Assembly (NCBI GenBank): GCA_964614075.1
Contig: CAZTJZ010000003.1
Location: 4,408-68,407, forward strand
Reading direction: 5' to 3'
From: an uncultured Phycisphaeraceae bacterium
GTDB lineage: Bacteria; Planctomycetota; Phycisphaerae; Phycisphaerales; UBA1924
Length of the DNA: 64,000 nt
The notes beneath the pieces were generated by a model. That model was given only the letters and a program-made list of their open reading frames with translations. It did not search any database and was not told the DNA's origin. The position numbers and the translations under genes are program-made. This document shows positions 1-9,869 of this stretch, piece after piece. How positions within the stretch are numbered: the stretch's first letter is position 1; every line of letters begins with the position of its first letter.

Positions 1-104
1 TGGAGCTGGGCAAGCAGGCAACGTTCGCGCTGATGGGACGGGGCGGGTACGAGTCGATCAAGGCAAAGGTGGGCGGGGCGGGGACGGCGCGGCGCACGGT
101 GTAG
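1..104 (+). CDS. 3' end of an unidentified CDS entering from the left edge
   Basis: Frame 3 is open from the window edge to TAG 102-104 (..ELGKQATFALMGRGGYESIKAKVGGAGTARRTV*). Too short to name. Confidence 0.3.
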   Translation, partial: ELGKQATFALMGRGGYESIKAKVGGAGTARRTV

Positions 105-274
105 CTGCTGGTTTGCCCGGGACGGGGCAGGGGTTTTCCAGGGGTCTTTGGGGATAATTGCTTACTTCGCGCTTGCGGTGCTGCCAGGAAACGGGCAGAA
201 TCGGTGTGTCTCTGCCGCGCGGCGGGTGGCCGCGGCTGCGAGTGGGCAGCGAGGCGGGGCGTGGGTGGTGGAAT

Positions 275-502
275 ATGACGCAGTTGTTTGTGACGCTGAA
301 CGCGATCAGTCTGATCGTTTCTGGGTATCTGCTTCTTCGCCGGCAGGTCCGGCCGGCGGAGTTTGTGCCCGGGTGGCTGCTCGCGGGCGGGGCGCTGATT
401 TCCATCCTGCCGCAGAGCTGGGCGATCATGGCCGGGGGCTGGGCGGCGGCGGCGATTGGGCGGATGGCGCTGTATCGCCGGCAGGACTCGCGCGTGATCT
501 GA
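275..502 (+). CDS. small (75 aa) hypothetical membrane protein
   Basis: ATG 275 inside ORF 158..502. MTQLFVTLNAISLIVSGYLLL...GWLLAGGALISILPQSWAIMAGGWAAAAIG gives two hydrophobic helices. No family recognised. Confidence 0.35.
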   Translation: MTQLFVTLNAISLIVSGYLLLRRQVRPAEFVPGWLLAGGALISILPQSWAIMAGGWAAAAIGRMALYRRQDSRVI

Positions 503-608
503 GGGACACGTTGGGATGACGCTCGTGTTCCGATAATGCTCGGAAGGGGGCGGAAGGTGTCGTGACGGGCCCAAGGCGTGGGGTCGCGACGCCGATAAAC
601 TCCGGCCT

Positions 609-631
609 GCCCGGCACAAGCCGGGTTCTTT
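609..631 (+). terminator. possible rho-independent terminator
   Basis: GCCCGGC-ACAA-GCCGGG stem-loop followed by TTCTTT, between the small membrane ORF and the ACP gene. Confidence 0.3.
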
Positions 632-652
632 CCCAAGGCCGGGAGCTTCGCC

Positions 653-907
653 GTGGACTTGCAGGAACAGATCCGATCGTTCATCGCCGAACGGTTTCTC
701 TTTGACCAGGGGGCCGCGATCGATGCGGGTCAATCGCTGATGAAGGCGGGGATCCTGGACTCGACGGGGGCGATGGAGCTGGTGATGTTCCTGGAGAGCA
801 CGTTCGGGATCAAGGTCGAGGACGCGGAGATCGTTCCGGCGAACCTCGACACGATCCACGCGCTCGCGTCGTTCGTCACGCGCAAGAAGTCCGCGGTGGC
901 GGCGTAG
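653..907 (+). CDS. acyl carrier protein (phosphopantetheine-binding)
   Basis: 84 aa, GTG start. Carrier-protein serine motif GILDSTGAMELV. Lies 21 nt upstream of an adenylate-forming ligase. Confidence 0.85.
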   Translation: MDLQEQIRSFIAERFLFDQGAAIDAGQSLMKAGILDSTGAMELVMFLESTFGIKVEDAEIVPANLDTIHALASFVTRKKSAVAA

Positions 908-928
908 CCCCGCGAGAGGCGGGGGTTC

Positions 929-2455
929 ATGGTTCTGCTGCACGAGGCTCTGCGGGCGTCGGCGAGCGCGTTCCCGGAACGGCGCGCGGTGATCGCGGAC
1001 GGGGCGAGTCTTTCGTTTTCGGAGTTTGAGGGGCGTGCGCGTCGCGTGGCGTGGGGGCTGCAGCGCGCGGGCGTGGTGACGGGCGATCGGGTCGTGGTGC
1101 ACGCGCCCAACTCGGTCGAGGCGTGCGTGGCGATCTACGGCGTGCTGATGAGCGGCGGGGTGGTGACGCCCGTGGCCGCGGGCGCGACGGGGAGGCGTCT
1201 GGGGTTTGTGGCGCGGGACAGCGGCGCGCGGGTGGTGGTGGCGTCGACTGAGTGTGCTCCCGCGGTGGCGGCGGCCCGCGGGGAGGGCGTGTTCCCGGGG
1301 GTCTTGTGGTGCGGGGCGGGCGCGGCGCCCTCGGGCGAGACGCACCTGGATTCGCTCGGGGAAGGATCCGCTGCGGGGCCGCGGGACCCCGGGCTCATCG
1401 ACCTTGACCTCGCGGCGATCATCTACACGTCGGGCACGACGGGCGACCCCAAGGGGGTGATGCTCACGCACCGCAATCTGGTGAACACGAGCGGCGTGAT
1501 CGCGCGGTACCTGAAGAACACGCCCGAGGACGTCGTCGCGTCGGTCCTGCCCCTGGCGTTCAGCTACGGGCTGATGCAGTTGCTGGTGGCGGTGAACGTG
1601 GGGCACACGCTGGTCCTGGAGCGCAGCTTCGCGTTCCCGATGCAGCTCCTGCAGATGATCGCGGAGCGTCGCGTCACGGGCCTGCCGGCGGTGCCCACGC
1701 TCCTGAGCAAGGTGATCGAGCTGTCGGGGTCGGCGGACCTGTCGTCCTTGCGGTACATGACCAACGCGGCGGCGCCGCTCCCGCCGGCGCACGCGCGGCG
1801 GCTGGGGGAGGTGCTGCCCAGGGCCGAGCTGTTCCTGATGTACGGCCAGACCGAGTGCACGCGATCGATGTTCCTGGAGCCCGGGCTGGTGACGTCGCAC
1901 CCCGAGTCGGTCGGGCGGGCGATCGAGAACTGCCGGGTGTGGCTGGTGGACGAGGCGGGGCGGAGCGTGAAGCGGGGCGAGGCGGGCGAGCTGGTGGTGC
2001 GCGGATCGAACGTGATGCGGGGGTACTGGAACAACGCGGAGGACACGGGGCGCAAGCTCCGCGAGGGGCCGATCCCGGGCGAGAAGGTGCTGCACACGGG
2101 GGACCTGTTCCGGGAGGACGGCGAGGGGCTGTTGTATTTTGTGTCGCGGACGGACGACGTATTCAAGTGCCGGGGCGAGAAGGTGGCGCCGCGGATGATC
2201 GAGCACGCGTTGTGCGAGATCCCCGAGGTGCTGGAGGCGGCGGTGGTGGGCGTGGCGGACGCGGTGGACGGGACGGCGATCAAGGCGGTGATCGTGGCGC
2301 GGAACGGATCGTCGATCAGCGAGGCGACGGTGCGGAAGCACTGCAAGGCGCGGCTGGAGGCGGTGTTCATGCCCAAGTACATCGAGTTCAGGGGCGAGCT
2401 GCCCAAGACCGAGTCCGGGAAGCTGAAGCGATCGTCGCTTGTGGAACCGGCGTGA
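929..2455 (+). CDS. AMP-dependent synthetase/ligase (acyl-CoA or acyl-ACP ligase, ANL family)
   Basis: 508 aa. AMP-binding signature YTSGTTGDPKG, downstream GELVVRG..MRGYW, HTGDL and C-terminal catalytic Lys region (TESGKLKR). Confidence 0.9.
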   Translation: MVLLHEALRASASAFPERRAVIADGASLSFSEFEGRARRVAWGLQRAGVVTGDRVVVHAPNSVEACVAIYGVLMSGGVVTPVAAGATGRRLGFVARDSGARVVVASTECAPAVAAARGEGVFPGVLWCGAGAAPSGETHLDSLGEGSAAGPRDPGLIDLDLAAIIYTSGTTGDPKGVMLTHRNLVNTSGVIARYLKNTPEDVVASVLPLAFSYGLMQLLVAVNVGHTLVLERSFAFPMQLLQMIAERRVTGLPAVPTLLSKVIELSGSADLSSLRYMTNAAAPLPPAHARRLGEVLPRAELFLMYGQTECTRSMFLEPGLVTSHPESVGRAIENCRVWLVDEAGRSVKRGEAGELVVRGSNVMRGYWNNAEDTGRKLREGPIPGEKVLHTGDLFREDGEGLLYFVSRTDDVFKCRGEKVAPRMIEHALCEIPEVLEAAVVGVADAVDGTAIKAVIVARNGSSISEATVRKHCKARLEAVFMPKYIEFRGELPKTESGKLKRSSLVEPA

Positions 2456-2507
2456 GAGGCGGAGCGTGAGCCGGCGCGGGCGGGCCGGCGAGGAATGGAG
2501 ATCAAGC

Positions 2508-4508
2508 GTGTGCGGGATCGGCGGGGTGATGCGGTGTGGGGGCGGGCGGGCGATCGAGCCCGCGGAGCTGCGTCGCATGGCGGCGATGATCCGCCACCGG
2601 GGGCCCGACGGGTGGGGGTACTACCTGGACGACGCGTGCGGGCTCGCGCACACGCGGCTGTCGATCATCGACCTTCGCACCGGGCAGCAGCCCTTGTGCA
2701 ACGAGGACGGGACGGTGTGGGTCACGTTCAACGGCGAGGTGTACAACTACCTCGAGCTGCGTGAGGAGCTGAAGCAGCTCGGGCATCGGTTCCGGACGAA
2801 ATCCGACACCGAGACGATCGTGCACGCGTACGAGGAATGGGGCGACGGGGCCTGGGAGAAGTTCAACGGGCAGTTCGCGGTGGGGCTGTGGGACGCGCGG
2901 CGGGGCGAGCTGAGGCTGGCGCGCGACCGCGTGGGGATCGCGCCCTTGCACTACGCGTCGGGGGATGGGGCGGTGGCGTTCGCGTCGGAGGCCAAGGCGA
3001 TCTTCGCGGGCGGGCGGGTGGCGGCGGAGATCGACCCGGGGTCGCTCGCGACGGCGTTTGCGCTCTGGGCCGTGCCCGCGCCGGGGACGGTGTTCAAGGG
3101 CGTGAGCATGGTTCCGCCCGGGGCGTGCGTGAAGGTGGATCGGTCGGGCGCGATCTCGACGCGGGTGTACTGGAGGCCTCGGTTCGGGACGCCGGGGGCG
3201 AGTCGATCGCTTGAGGAGAGCGCGGCTGAGCTGGGCGAGCGATTGGGCGAGGGGGTCCGGCTCCGGCTGCGGGCGGACGTGCCCGTGGCGGCGTACCTGA
3301 GCGGGGGGCTGGATTCGTCGGTGATCACGCGGCTGGTGACGCTGGCGAACTCCTCGCCGCTGGAGACGTTTTCGGTCCGGTTCGAGGATGCGCGCTTTGA
3401 CGAGGGCCCGCAGCAGCACCGGATGGCGAAGATCCTGGGGACGCGGCATCACGAGGTGGTGGCGCGGGCGCAGGACATCCAGGAGGCGTTGCCCGAGGTG
3501 GTGTGGCACTGCGAGACGCCGCTGCTGCGCACTGGGCCCGTGCCGATGTTCCTGCTGTCGGGGCTGGTGCGGCGGAGCGGGATCAAGGTGGTGCTGACGG
3601 GGGAGGGTGCGGACGAGCTTCTCGCGGGGTACGACGTGTTCAAGGAGGCGAAGGTGCGTCGGTTCTGGGCGCGACGCCCGGAGTCTTCGGCGCGCCCGAT
3701 GCTTCTGGGGCGGATCCACGCGTACGCGAGGGCGGCGGGCGCGGGGGCGATGTGGCAGGAGTTTTTCCGGCGTGGGCTGGGCGGGGTGGAGGGGGCGTAC
3801 TACAGCCACGCGCCGCGCTGGACCAACAACCTGTGGACGACGCGGTTTCTCTCGGGCGAGGTCCGGCGCCACGCGGAGCTTTCGGCGGTCGAGGAGCGTG
3901 TGTCGGGCGTGATGCCCTGGCTGGGCGAGATGACGGGATGGCTGGAGAAGGCGCAGAGCGTCGAGCTGGTGACGTTCATGAGCGCGTACCTGCTGTCGAG
4001 CCAGGGGGACCGCGTGGCGCTGGGGCACGCGGTGGAGGCGCGGTTCCCGTTCCTGGACCCGGGCGTGATTGATCTTTGTTCGACGCTGCCGGCGTCGCAG
4101 AAGCTGCGCGGGCTCACGGACAAGGTGGCGCTGCGGGCGTTCGCGTCGGGGCACCTGCCCGAGGATATTTGGAGGAGGAAGAAGTGGCCGTACCGCGCGC
4201 CGATCGCTTCGGCGCTGTTCGGCGAGGGGGCGCCGGAGTACGTCCGGGAGGAGCTCGGGCCCTCGGCGTTGGGGCGGAGCGGGCTGCTGGATACCGCGGC
4301 GGCGGGGGCGATCACGCAGCGGGCGCTGGGCGCGGGGTCACGGCTGGGCGAGCGCGAGGAGATGGCGTGCGTGGGGCTGTTGACCACGCAGATCCTGCAC
4401 CGGGTGTTTGGGCGTGAGTTCGCCGAGCGAGCGCGGGCGCTGGAGGCTCGGTTGGCGGAGCACCCGGCGGACGTGCGGGAGGATCGGCGGGGAAGAAACG
4501 TCCGCTAA
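2508..4508 (+). CDS. asparagine synthase-like glutamine amidotransferase (AsnB family)
   Basis: In-frame GTG 2508 puts the Ntn nucleophile Cys at residue 2 (CGIGGV). Glutaminase-domain motifs HRGPDG and LSIIDL. Synthetase-domain PP-loop-like YLSGGLDSS. Confidence 0.9.
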   Translation: MCGIGGVMRCGGGRAIEPAELRRMAAMIRHRGPDGWGYYLDDACGLAHTRLSIIDLRTGQQPLCNEDGTVWVTFNGEVYNYLELREELKQLGHRFRTKSDTETIVHAYEEWGDGAWEKFNGQFAVGLWDARRGELRLARDRVGIAPLHYASGDGAVAFASEAKAIFAGGRVAAEIDPGSLATAFALWAVPAPGTVFKGVSMVPPGACVKVDRSGAISTRVYWRPRFGTPGASRSLEESAAELGERLGEGVRLRLRADVPVAAYLSGGLDSSVITRLVTLANSSPLETFSVRFEDARFDEGPQQHRMAKILGTRHHEVVARAQDIQEALPEVVWHCETPLLRTGPVPMFLLSGLVRRSGIKVVLTGEGADELLAGYDVFKEAKVRRFWARRPESSARPMLLGRIHAYARAAGAGAMWQEFFRRGLGGVEGAYYSHAPRWTNNLWTTRFLSGEVRRHAELSAVEERVSGVMPWLGEMTGWLEKAQSVELVTFMSAYLLSSQGDRVALGHAVEARFPFLDPGVIDLCSTLPASQKLRGLTDKVALRAFASGHLPEDIWRRKKWPYRAPIASALFGEGAPEYVREELGPSALGRSGLLDTAAAGAITQRALGAGSRLGEREEMACVGLLTTQILHRVFGREFAERARALEARLAEHPADVREDRRGRNVR

Positions 4509-4633
4509 GCTAGGTGGTTGCGAGCGAAACGGAGTGGGGCCGGGCGTGGCGCGGGATGTCCCGGGCCCGGGTTGGGCGCGGGGCTGGGATTGGTCGATAG
4601 CGGAAGGGCCGGTTTTTCTAAGGAAGACACGCT

Positions 4634-5665
4634 ATGGGTTCGACGACGCTGCACCGTCCCGCCGCTCGCCCGCCGTTCTCTCGCGCGGTGCTCGACATGG
4701 ACTGCGCCTCCACGGCGCGCCGGATCGAGGAACGTCTCCGGGAGATCACGGCCCGATCGCTCAAGCGTCGCGGGCTGGTGCTGGGGGTGAGCGGGGGGAT
4801 CGATTCGTCGGTGTGCGCGGTTCTGGCGGCGCGGGCCTTGGGGAAGGACCGCGTGCGGGCGATCCTGATGCCCGAGCGTGATTCGTCGCCCGAGAGCCTG
4901 AGCAAGGGCAAGTCGGCGTGCGCGACGGCGGGGATCGCGTACGACGTGCAGGACATTGCGCCGCCGCTGGAGGCGCTGGGGTGCTATCGCAAGCGGGAGG
5001 CGGCGATCCGCAAGGTCTTCCCGCAGTACCGGACGGGGGATCGGTTCAAGATCGCGGTCGCGGCGGACGTGATGGGGAGCGACCGGGTGAGCTTCTTCAC
5101 GCTGGTCGCGGAGCTCTCGGCGGAGGGGGGCAAGCAGGTCAGCGCCCGGATGCCCGTGGACGTGTACCTGGCGATCGTGGCGGCGACGAACATGAAGCAG
5201 CGTGTGCGCAAGCTCATGGAGTACACGCTGGCAGAAGAGCTGAACTACGGCGTGATCGGGACGCCTAATCGGCTCGAGTATGACCAGGGGTTCTTCGTGC
5301 GGGGCGGGGACGGGCTGGCGGACGTGAAGCCCATCGCGCTGCTGTACAAGACGCAGGTCTTCGCGATGGCGCGGTACCTGGGGCTGAGCCGGGAGATCTG
5401 CGAGCAGACCCCCACGACCGACACGTACAGCCTCCCGCAGACGCAGGAGGAGTTCTATTACGCGCTGCCGTACCCCGAGATGGACCTGATGCTGTGGGCG
5501 TACGTGCACGGCGTGGGCGCGGACGAGGCGGGGAAGGTGATGAAGCTCACGGCGACGCAGGTGGAGCGTGTGTACAAGGACATCGAGGCGAAGCGCGTGG
5601 TGAGCCGCCAGCTTCATGAGCCCGCGGCGCTGATCGAGGCGTACGACTGGGGTCGGGCGGTGTAG
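4634..5665 (+). CDS. NAD+ synthetase-like PP-loop ATP-pyrophosphatase (NadE family)
   Basis: 343 aa. PP-loop GVSGGIDSSV and NadE-like downstream pattern (TNMKQR.., GTPNR.E.D.GFF..GGDG). Longer than a canonical NadE. Confidence 0.8.
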   Translation: MGSTTLHRPAARPPFSRAVLDMDCASTARRIEERLREITARSLKRRGLVLGVSGGIDSSVCAVLAARALGKDRVRAILMPERDSSPESLSKGKSACATAGIAYDVQDIAPPLEALGCYRKREAAIRKVFPQYRTGDRFKIAVAADVMGSDRVSFFTLVAELSAEGGKQVSARMPVDVYLAIVAATNMKQRVRKLMEYTLAEELNYGVIGTPNRLEYDQGFFVRGGDGLADVKPIALLYKTQVFAMARYLGLSREICEQTPTTDTYSLPQTQEEFYYALPYPEMDLMLWAYVHGVGADEAGKVMKLTATQVERVYKDIEAKRVVSRQLHEPAALIEAYDWGRAV

Positions 5666-5668
5666 CGG

Positions 5669-7597
5669 TCAGGCGAGGGCCGCGGCGGCGCGGTAGAGCT
5701 CGGCGACGAGCTCGGCGATGTAATAGCGTCCGCGCTTCTTGGCGATCGAGTACCAGGGGTTCATGATCACCGAGCGGAGCAGGAAGACGCCCGCGGGGTC
5801 GTACTCCTCGCGGCGCACGCCCAGGCGGTCGAGGAACGGCCCCACCGTGGCGAGCGAGTACTGCCCGGGCGCGAGTGAGGTTCGGCTCACGAAGAACGTC
5901 TGGTCGTAGACGCGTTCGCCCGGGCCCATGCTGAAGCGTTCGTAGAGGGCGCGGTTGAGACGGTTGAGGGATTCGAGGGTGGAGGGTTGGGCGCGCCGGA
6001 AGGCGTAGCACACGATGTTCGAGCCCGGGGGGCAGAGGCACACGGCGTGGACGGGGCCCGTCGAGGTGAGGCGTGGAAAGCCCTCGAGGAGCGCGTGCAG
6101 CTCGCACGCGCCGCGGATGTTCTCGCGGATGAGGCGCCCGTGCCCCGTGGTGTCGAGCGGGATGAGCGAATGGCTGAGCCAGACGGAGGCGGCGATGGCC
6201 CCGGGCTTGCTTCCCTCCAGGACGTAGACCCCCACGGCGTCGGAGGTGCGTTCCTGCTCGGGGTCCTGGGGTTCGTCCGCGAGGTAGGGGGCGGATTGGC
6301 GCATCAGGGGCTTGACGCGGTTGCTGCGGAAGCAGATCGCGCCGGCGGGGTAAGGGATGTATCCGAGCTTGTGGGGATCGATGGTGACCGAGTCGCACTC
6401 GTGGAGGCGCTCGAGTGCGCCGCAGGCCTGGTGCTCCGGGAGATGGAGGGGGACCTCCAGGTCCTTCCCGGCGATGCGGACCCGGGCATTGGGGGCCCCG
6501 AGCCCGAGTCGCGCTGGGGTGGTGAGGGTGCGGAGGTACCCGCCGTAGGCCCCGTCGGCGTGGAGCCAGAAGGACGTGAGCCCTCGGCGGGCGCGTTCGA
6601 CGCGTCGAGCGACGATCTCGTCGATCGGGTCGACCGACCCTTCCTCGGTCGAGCCGACCACGGCGACGACGGCCAGAGGGACTCGCCCGGAGCGGGCCAC
6701 CTCGTCGAGCGTTCGGTCCAGCTCGTCTTGGCGCATGCGGAACTGGCCGTCGACCCGCACGGAGATGAGCCCGCGGCGTCCGATTCCCAGGAGATCCAGG
6801 GCTTTCTCGAAGCAGTAATGGTGCGTCTCGGGGGCGAGGACCACGGGTTCCAGCCCCAGCGCGGTGCTGACCGCGCCGAGCCCGCGCTGGGCGACGTTGA
6901 ACGGCGAGTCGTCGAGAATGGAACGAAGCCGACGGCGCAATCCCGGGGAGTTCGTGATGGCCCGTGCGTCTTCCCAGAGCGCGGCGTACTGGGTCATCGC
7001 CTCGTCGGGCGAGATCGCGAGGAGGTCGAGGGTCGAACGCCCCGCGAGAGGGTCGGCGAGGCCGAGCGCGGCCCGGGCGTCGCGCACCAGCCAGGGGAGG
7101 AACCGGACCGTCCGGGCCGCCCAGAGCGCCTCGATGTTCGCGGCGGTGCCCCCCGAGCACAGATGGGCCCAGGCGTCTGGCCCGTGCCCGATCATGGTCG
7201 AGAGCATCCGCCCGGCCTCGAGCTCGAGGCGGACGGTGACCGGCGCCGACTCGGCGGTCACGTTGTTGGGGTTGTACAGCATCGCGGCGAAGTACCCGGC
7301 GATGGCGGGGAGGGTCTGCTCGGCGAGCATGTGCGCGGCGTAGCGCGGGCTGTGGATGGGCACGTCGCCCTTGAGGCGTGCGAGCAGCTCAAGGAGTCGG
7401 TCCTCGAAGGCGTCGGCGAAGGGCTCGCTCTCGCGACGCATGGCGGAGTCCACGACCACGCCGTCCTCGGGGAAGTAGTTGCGACGCCACGCGTGATAGT
7501 CGTCGGCGATCCGCGTGAGCCACTGGGTGAACCAAGGGGCGTTCTCGCCCTTGGGCCCGGCGAACCACGCGCTCATCAAGGCCAGATCGTCGCCCAT
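5669..7597 (-). CDS. PLP-dependent decarboxylase, group II (tyrosine/aromatic amino acid decarboxylase-like)
   Basis: 642 aa from ATG 7597 (MGDDLALMSAWF..). Motifs SGGTAANIEAL and PLP-lysine motif DPHKLGYIPYPAGAI. The ORF-track extension to 8494 is Arg/Pro-rich junk overlapping the next gene. Confidence 0.85.
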   Translation of the reverse strand: MGDDLALMSAWFAGPKGENAPWFTQWLTRIADDYHAWRRNYFPEDGVVVDSAMRRESEPFADAFEDRLLELLARLKGDVPIHSPRYAAHMLAEQTLPAIAGYFAAMLYNPNNVTAESAPVTVRLELEAGRMLSTMIGHGPDAWAHLCSGGTAANIEALWAARTVRFLPWLVRDARAALGLADPLAGRSTLDLLAISPDEAMTQYAALWEDARAITNSPGLRRRLRSILDDSPFNVAQRGLGAVSTALGLEPVVLAPETHHYCFEKALDLLGIGRRGLISVRVDGQFRMRQDELDRTLDEVARSGRVPLAVVAVVGSTEEGSVDPIDEIVARRVERARRGLTSFWLHADGAYGGYLRTLTTPARLGLGAPNARVRIAGKDLEVPLHLPEHQACGALERLHECDSVTIDPHKLGYIPYPAGAICFRSNRVKPLMRQSAPYLADEPQDPEQERTSDAVGVYVLEGSKPGAIAASVWLSHSLIPLDTTGHGRLIRENIRGACELHALLEGFPRLTSTGPVHAVCLCPPGSNIVCYAFRRAQPSTLESLNRLNRALYERFSMGPGERVYDQTFFVSRTSLAPGQYSLATVGPFLDRLGVRREEYDPAGVFLLRSVIMNPWYSIAKKRGRYYIAELVAELYRAAAALA

Positions 7598-7647
7598 GCC
7601 CGAGCGTAGCGTGGAAAACAGACCTGCGGGTGCGGTGAGGGCGCGGG

Positions 7648-8514
7648 TCAGGCCTTGGCGGGGTCGGGCTTGAGCTTTCCATGCTCGCCCTCGAGCATCG
7701 AGTGGGCCCAGGAGAGCCCGATGGGGACGCCCAGGTACGCCCCGCACGTCCAGTCGAAGGAGACGGGGCGGGCGAACGGGATGAGGTTTGTGGCGAGGGC
7801 CGCGGTCTGGGCCTTGTCTCCGTGGAGGACCATCGCCACGAGCGGGGCGGCGACGGAGGCGACGACCACTCCCAGGGTGGGGAGCAGAGCGCCGGGGCGG
7901 ACGCCCATCATCGAGCCGACGACCATGGCCCCGCCCCCGGCGGCGATCCCGGCGGTGATGGCGGCGAAGACGCGCTGTCCGGGGATCGAGGAAATCGCGA
8001 CCAGGTAGGCGCCCGCGCCGGCGAGGACCGCGGCCGCGAGGCCGCAGGCGAGGGCGGCGTGGGCGGGTTTGGCGTCGCGGTCGAGATGGGTGAAGAGCGG
8101 GGTCGGGGCACGCTCGCGGTCTTTGGCGGCGCGTTCGGCGGCGAAGACGCCCGCGAGCAGCACGAGCCCGAGCGCGAGGGCTTCGAGGGCGAGCATCACG
8201 AGCGGGGCGGGAGTGGTTCGTAGGATGGGCTCGGCGCCCCCGACGCGCCACGCCGCCCACGCCGCGACGAGCCCGGCGGCGGTGAGCCCGGTGTCGCGCG
8301 AGAAGAACTTGGCGCCCAGGACGCCCACGCCGGCGGCGAAGAGAGCGATGGCGAGCCCGCGTGCGAGGTATGGTGCGGGCGAGGCGGAGACCAGGAGCGT
8401 GGCGTGCGGGGAGCCGTCGCTCGCGCGGAGCCCTTCGAGCAGCAGGGCGGCGAGCGGTCCCAGGGCGAGGACGGCGGCGATGATGAACGACCACCGGAGG
8501 ATGGTGTGGATCAT
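7648..8514 (-). CDS. hypothetical polytopic membrane protein
   Basis: 288 aa from ATG 8514 (MIHTILRWSFIIAAVLALG..). Ala/Gly/Leu-rich with multiple hydrophobic spans. Only the C-terminal third of ORF 7648..10059 is credible. Confidence 0.6.
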   Translation of the reverse strand: MIHTILRWSFIIAAVLALGPLAALLLEGLRASDGSPHATLLVSASPAPYLARGLAIALFAAGVGVLGAKFFSRDTGLTAAGLVAAWAAWRVGGAEPILRTTPAPLVMLALEALALGLVLLAGVFAAERAAKDRERAPTPLFTHLDRDAKPAHAALACGLAAAVLAGAGAYLVAISSIPGQRVFAAITAGIAAGGGAMVVGSMMGVRPGALLPTLGVVVASVAAPLVAMVLHGDKAQTAALATNLIPFARPVSFDWTCGAYLGVPIGLSWAHSMLEGEHGKLKPDPAKA

Positions 8515-8652
8515 GCCCGGATCATTGGCATGCCGATAAGGGGGCACGCCGGGGCATGGAATGGGCGAGGCGGGTGTCGGGGGGCGAGCGGTGTTGGGCG
8601 TGCCGCGGTACCATGCCCCTTTCCGGATTTCTCGCTTGCTGGGCATCCACGC

Positions 8653-9831
8653 ATGACCACGCCACACCGACCCAAGCTCCATCGCGGCTCGCCGCGGGTG
8701 AACGAGATGTGGGAGGCGATGATCTGGCCTCGGCTTCTGCTGGTGCCGAGGCTGGCGGGGTCGATGTCCCGCGTGGGGATCTCGCTGATCGCGGTGGTGC
8801 TGATTGCGCTGTTGGCGCGGATCCCCGAGATATTTCTGGGCGCGAACGTGGGTCCGGCGGCGGAGATCGGGCGTCTGGCGCCGCGGGCATTCACTCGGGT
8901 GGGCGAGGGCGTGGCGGCGATGCGTCCGGGGGAGATCGGGGGCGGGATCTGGGATCTGTGCATGATCCCCGGGCCGTTGTTTACCAAGTATCCGGTGAGC
9001 TCTGCGGCGGTGCTGGCGATGGTGCTGTGCGTGTGGGCGGTGGCGGGGGGTGCGGTGTGCCGCATGGCCGCCGAGGAGTATGCGCTGGGCGAGCGCCTGG
9101 CGTGGACGAAGGGTCTGGCGTTTTCCATTCGGCACCTGCGTTCGCTGGTGGGGGCGATGCTGGCGCCGCTGGCGGTGGTGGGCGCGGCGGCGGTGCTGAT
9201 GGGCGTGGGCGGATGGGCGCTGCTGGGCGTGACCGGGGTGCAGGTCGTGGGGGGCGGGATGTTCTTTCTGGCGCTGCTGGTGTCGCTGCTGGCGATCATC
9301 GGGCTCGCGGGTTTTGTGCTGGGGTTCCCGCTGATCCCGGCGGCGGTGGTGTGCGAGGGCGCGGACACGATCGACGCCCTGCAGCGCGTGTACGCGTACG
9401 TGCTCGACCGTCCTGGGCGGATGATTGTGTATCTGCTGATCCTGGCGGCGCAGGCGGCGGTGGTGTCGGCGATCCTCGCGCTGCTCGCGGGCGGGGTGGT
9501 GGAGTTTGCGCGCTGGAGCGTGACGATGTTCACGGGCGAGGCGCCGACGGCGGCGATCACCGACGCGGTGCGGGGGCTGTCGCCCACGGCGGACTCGGGG
9601 TGGTCGCTGCGGGCGATGTCGCGCGGCGTGCGGTTCTGGTCGCAGATCCCCGGGCTCTTGGTCGTGTCCGCGATGGTGAGCTTCTACTTTTGCGGGTCGT
9701 CGGTGCTGTACTTGCTTGTGCGCGAGGTCGCCGACGGGCAGGAACCCGCGGACCTGTGGTCCCCGGGGATGATCGCGGGCACGATGGCCCCGACGCACGA
9801 GCCCGAGGGGGATGAGGACGACAACTTCTAG
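8653..9831 (+). CDS. hypothetical polytopic membrane protein
   Basis: About 392 aa from ATG 8653 (MTTPHRPKL..), with several long hydrophobic segments (e.g. ISLIAVVLIALLA, GGMFFLALLVSLLAIIGLAGFVLGFPLI). Divergent from the preceding membrane gene. Confidence 0.6.
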   Translation: MTTPHRPKLHRGSPRVNEMWEAMIWPRLLLVPRLAGSMSRVGISLIAVVLIALLARIPEIFLGANVGPAAEIGRLAPRAFTRVGEGVAAMRPGEIGGGIWDLCMIPGPLFTKYPVSSAAVLAMVLCVWAVAGGAVCRMAAEEYALGERLAWTKGLAFSIRHLRSLVGAMLAPLAVVGAAAVLMGVGGWALLGVTGVQVVGGGMFFLALLVSLLAIIGLAGFVLGFPLIPAAVVCEGADTIDALQRVYAYVLDRPGRMIVYLLILAAQAAVVSAILALLAGGVVEFARWSVTMFTGEAPTAAITDAVRGLSPTADSGWSLRAMSRGVRFWSQIPGLLVVSAMVSFYFCGSSVLYLLVREVADGQEPADLWSPGMIAGTMAPTHEPEGDEDDNF

Positions 9832-9869
9832 CGCGGACGGCCCCCGGATGGGGATCGGTTGCTCCGCGC

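Noticed and set aside
4545-4570. Possible additional REP copy (GGCGCGGGATGTCCCGGGCC) between the asnB-like and nadE-like genes
   Set aside because: The similarity to the REP consensus is partial and the palindrome is poor. It could be chance in GC-rich DNA.
7598-8494. N-terminal extension of the decarboxylase ORF (941 aa). Analogous extensions occur on ORFs 7648..10059 (803 aa), 47331..49517 (728 aa), 36311..36637 and 29645..29845.
   Set aside because: The extensions overlap neighbouring real genes, are Arg/Pro-rich, and lack homology-like features. Internal starts give proteins beginning at the family-typical N-terminus or signal peptide.
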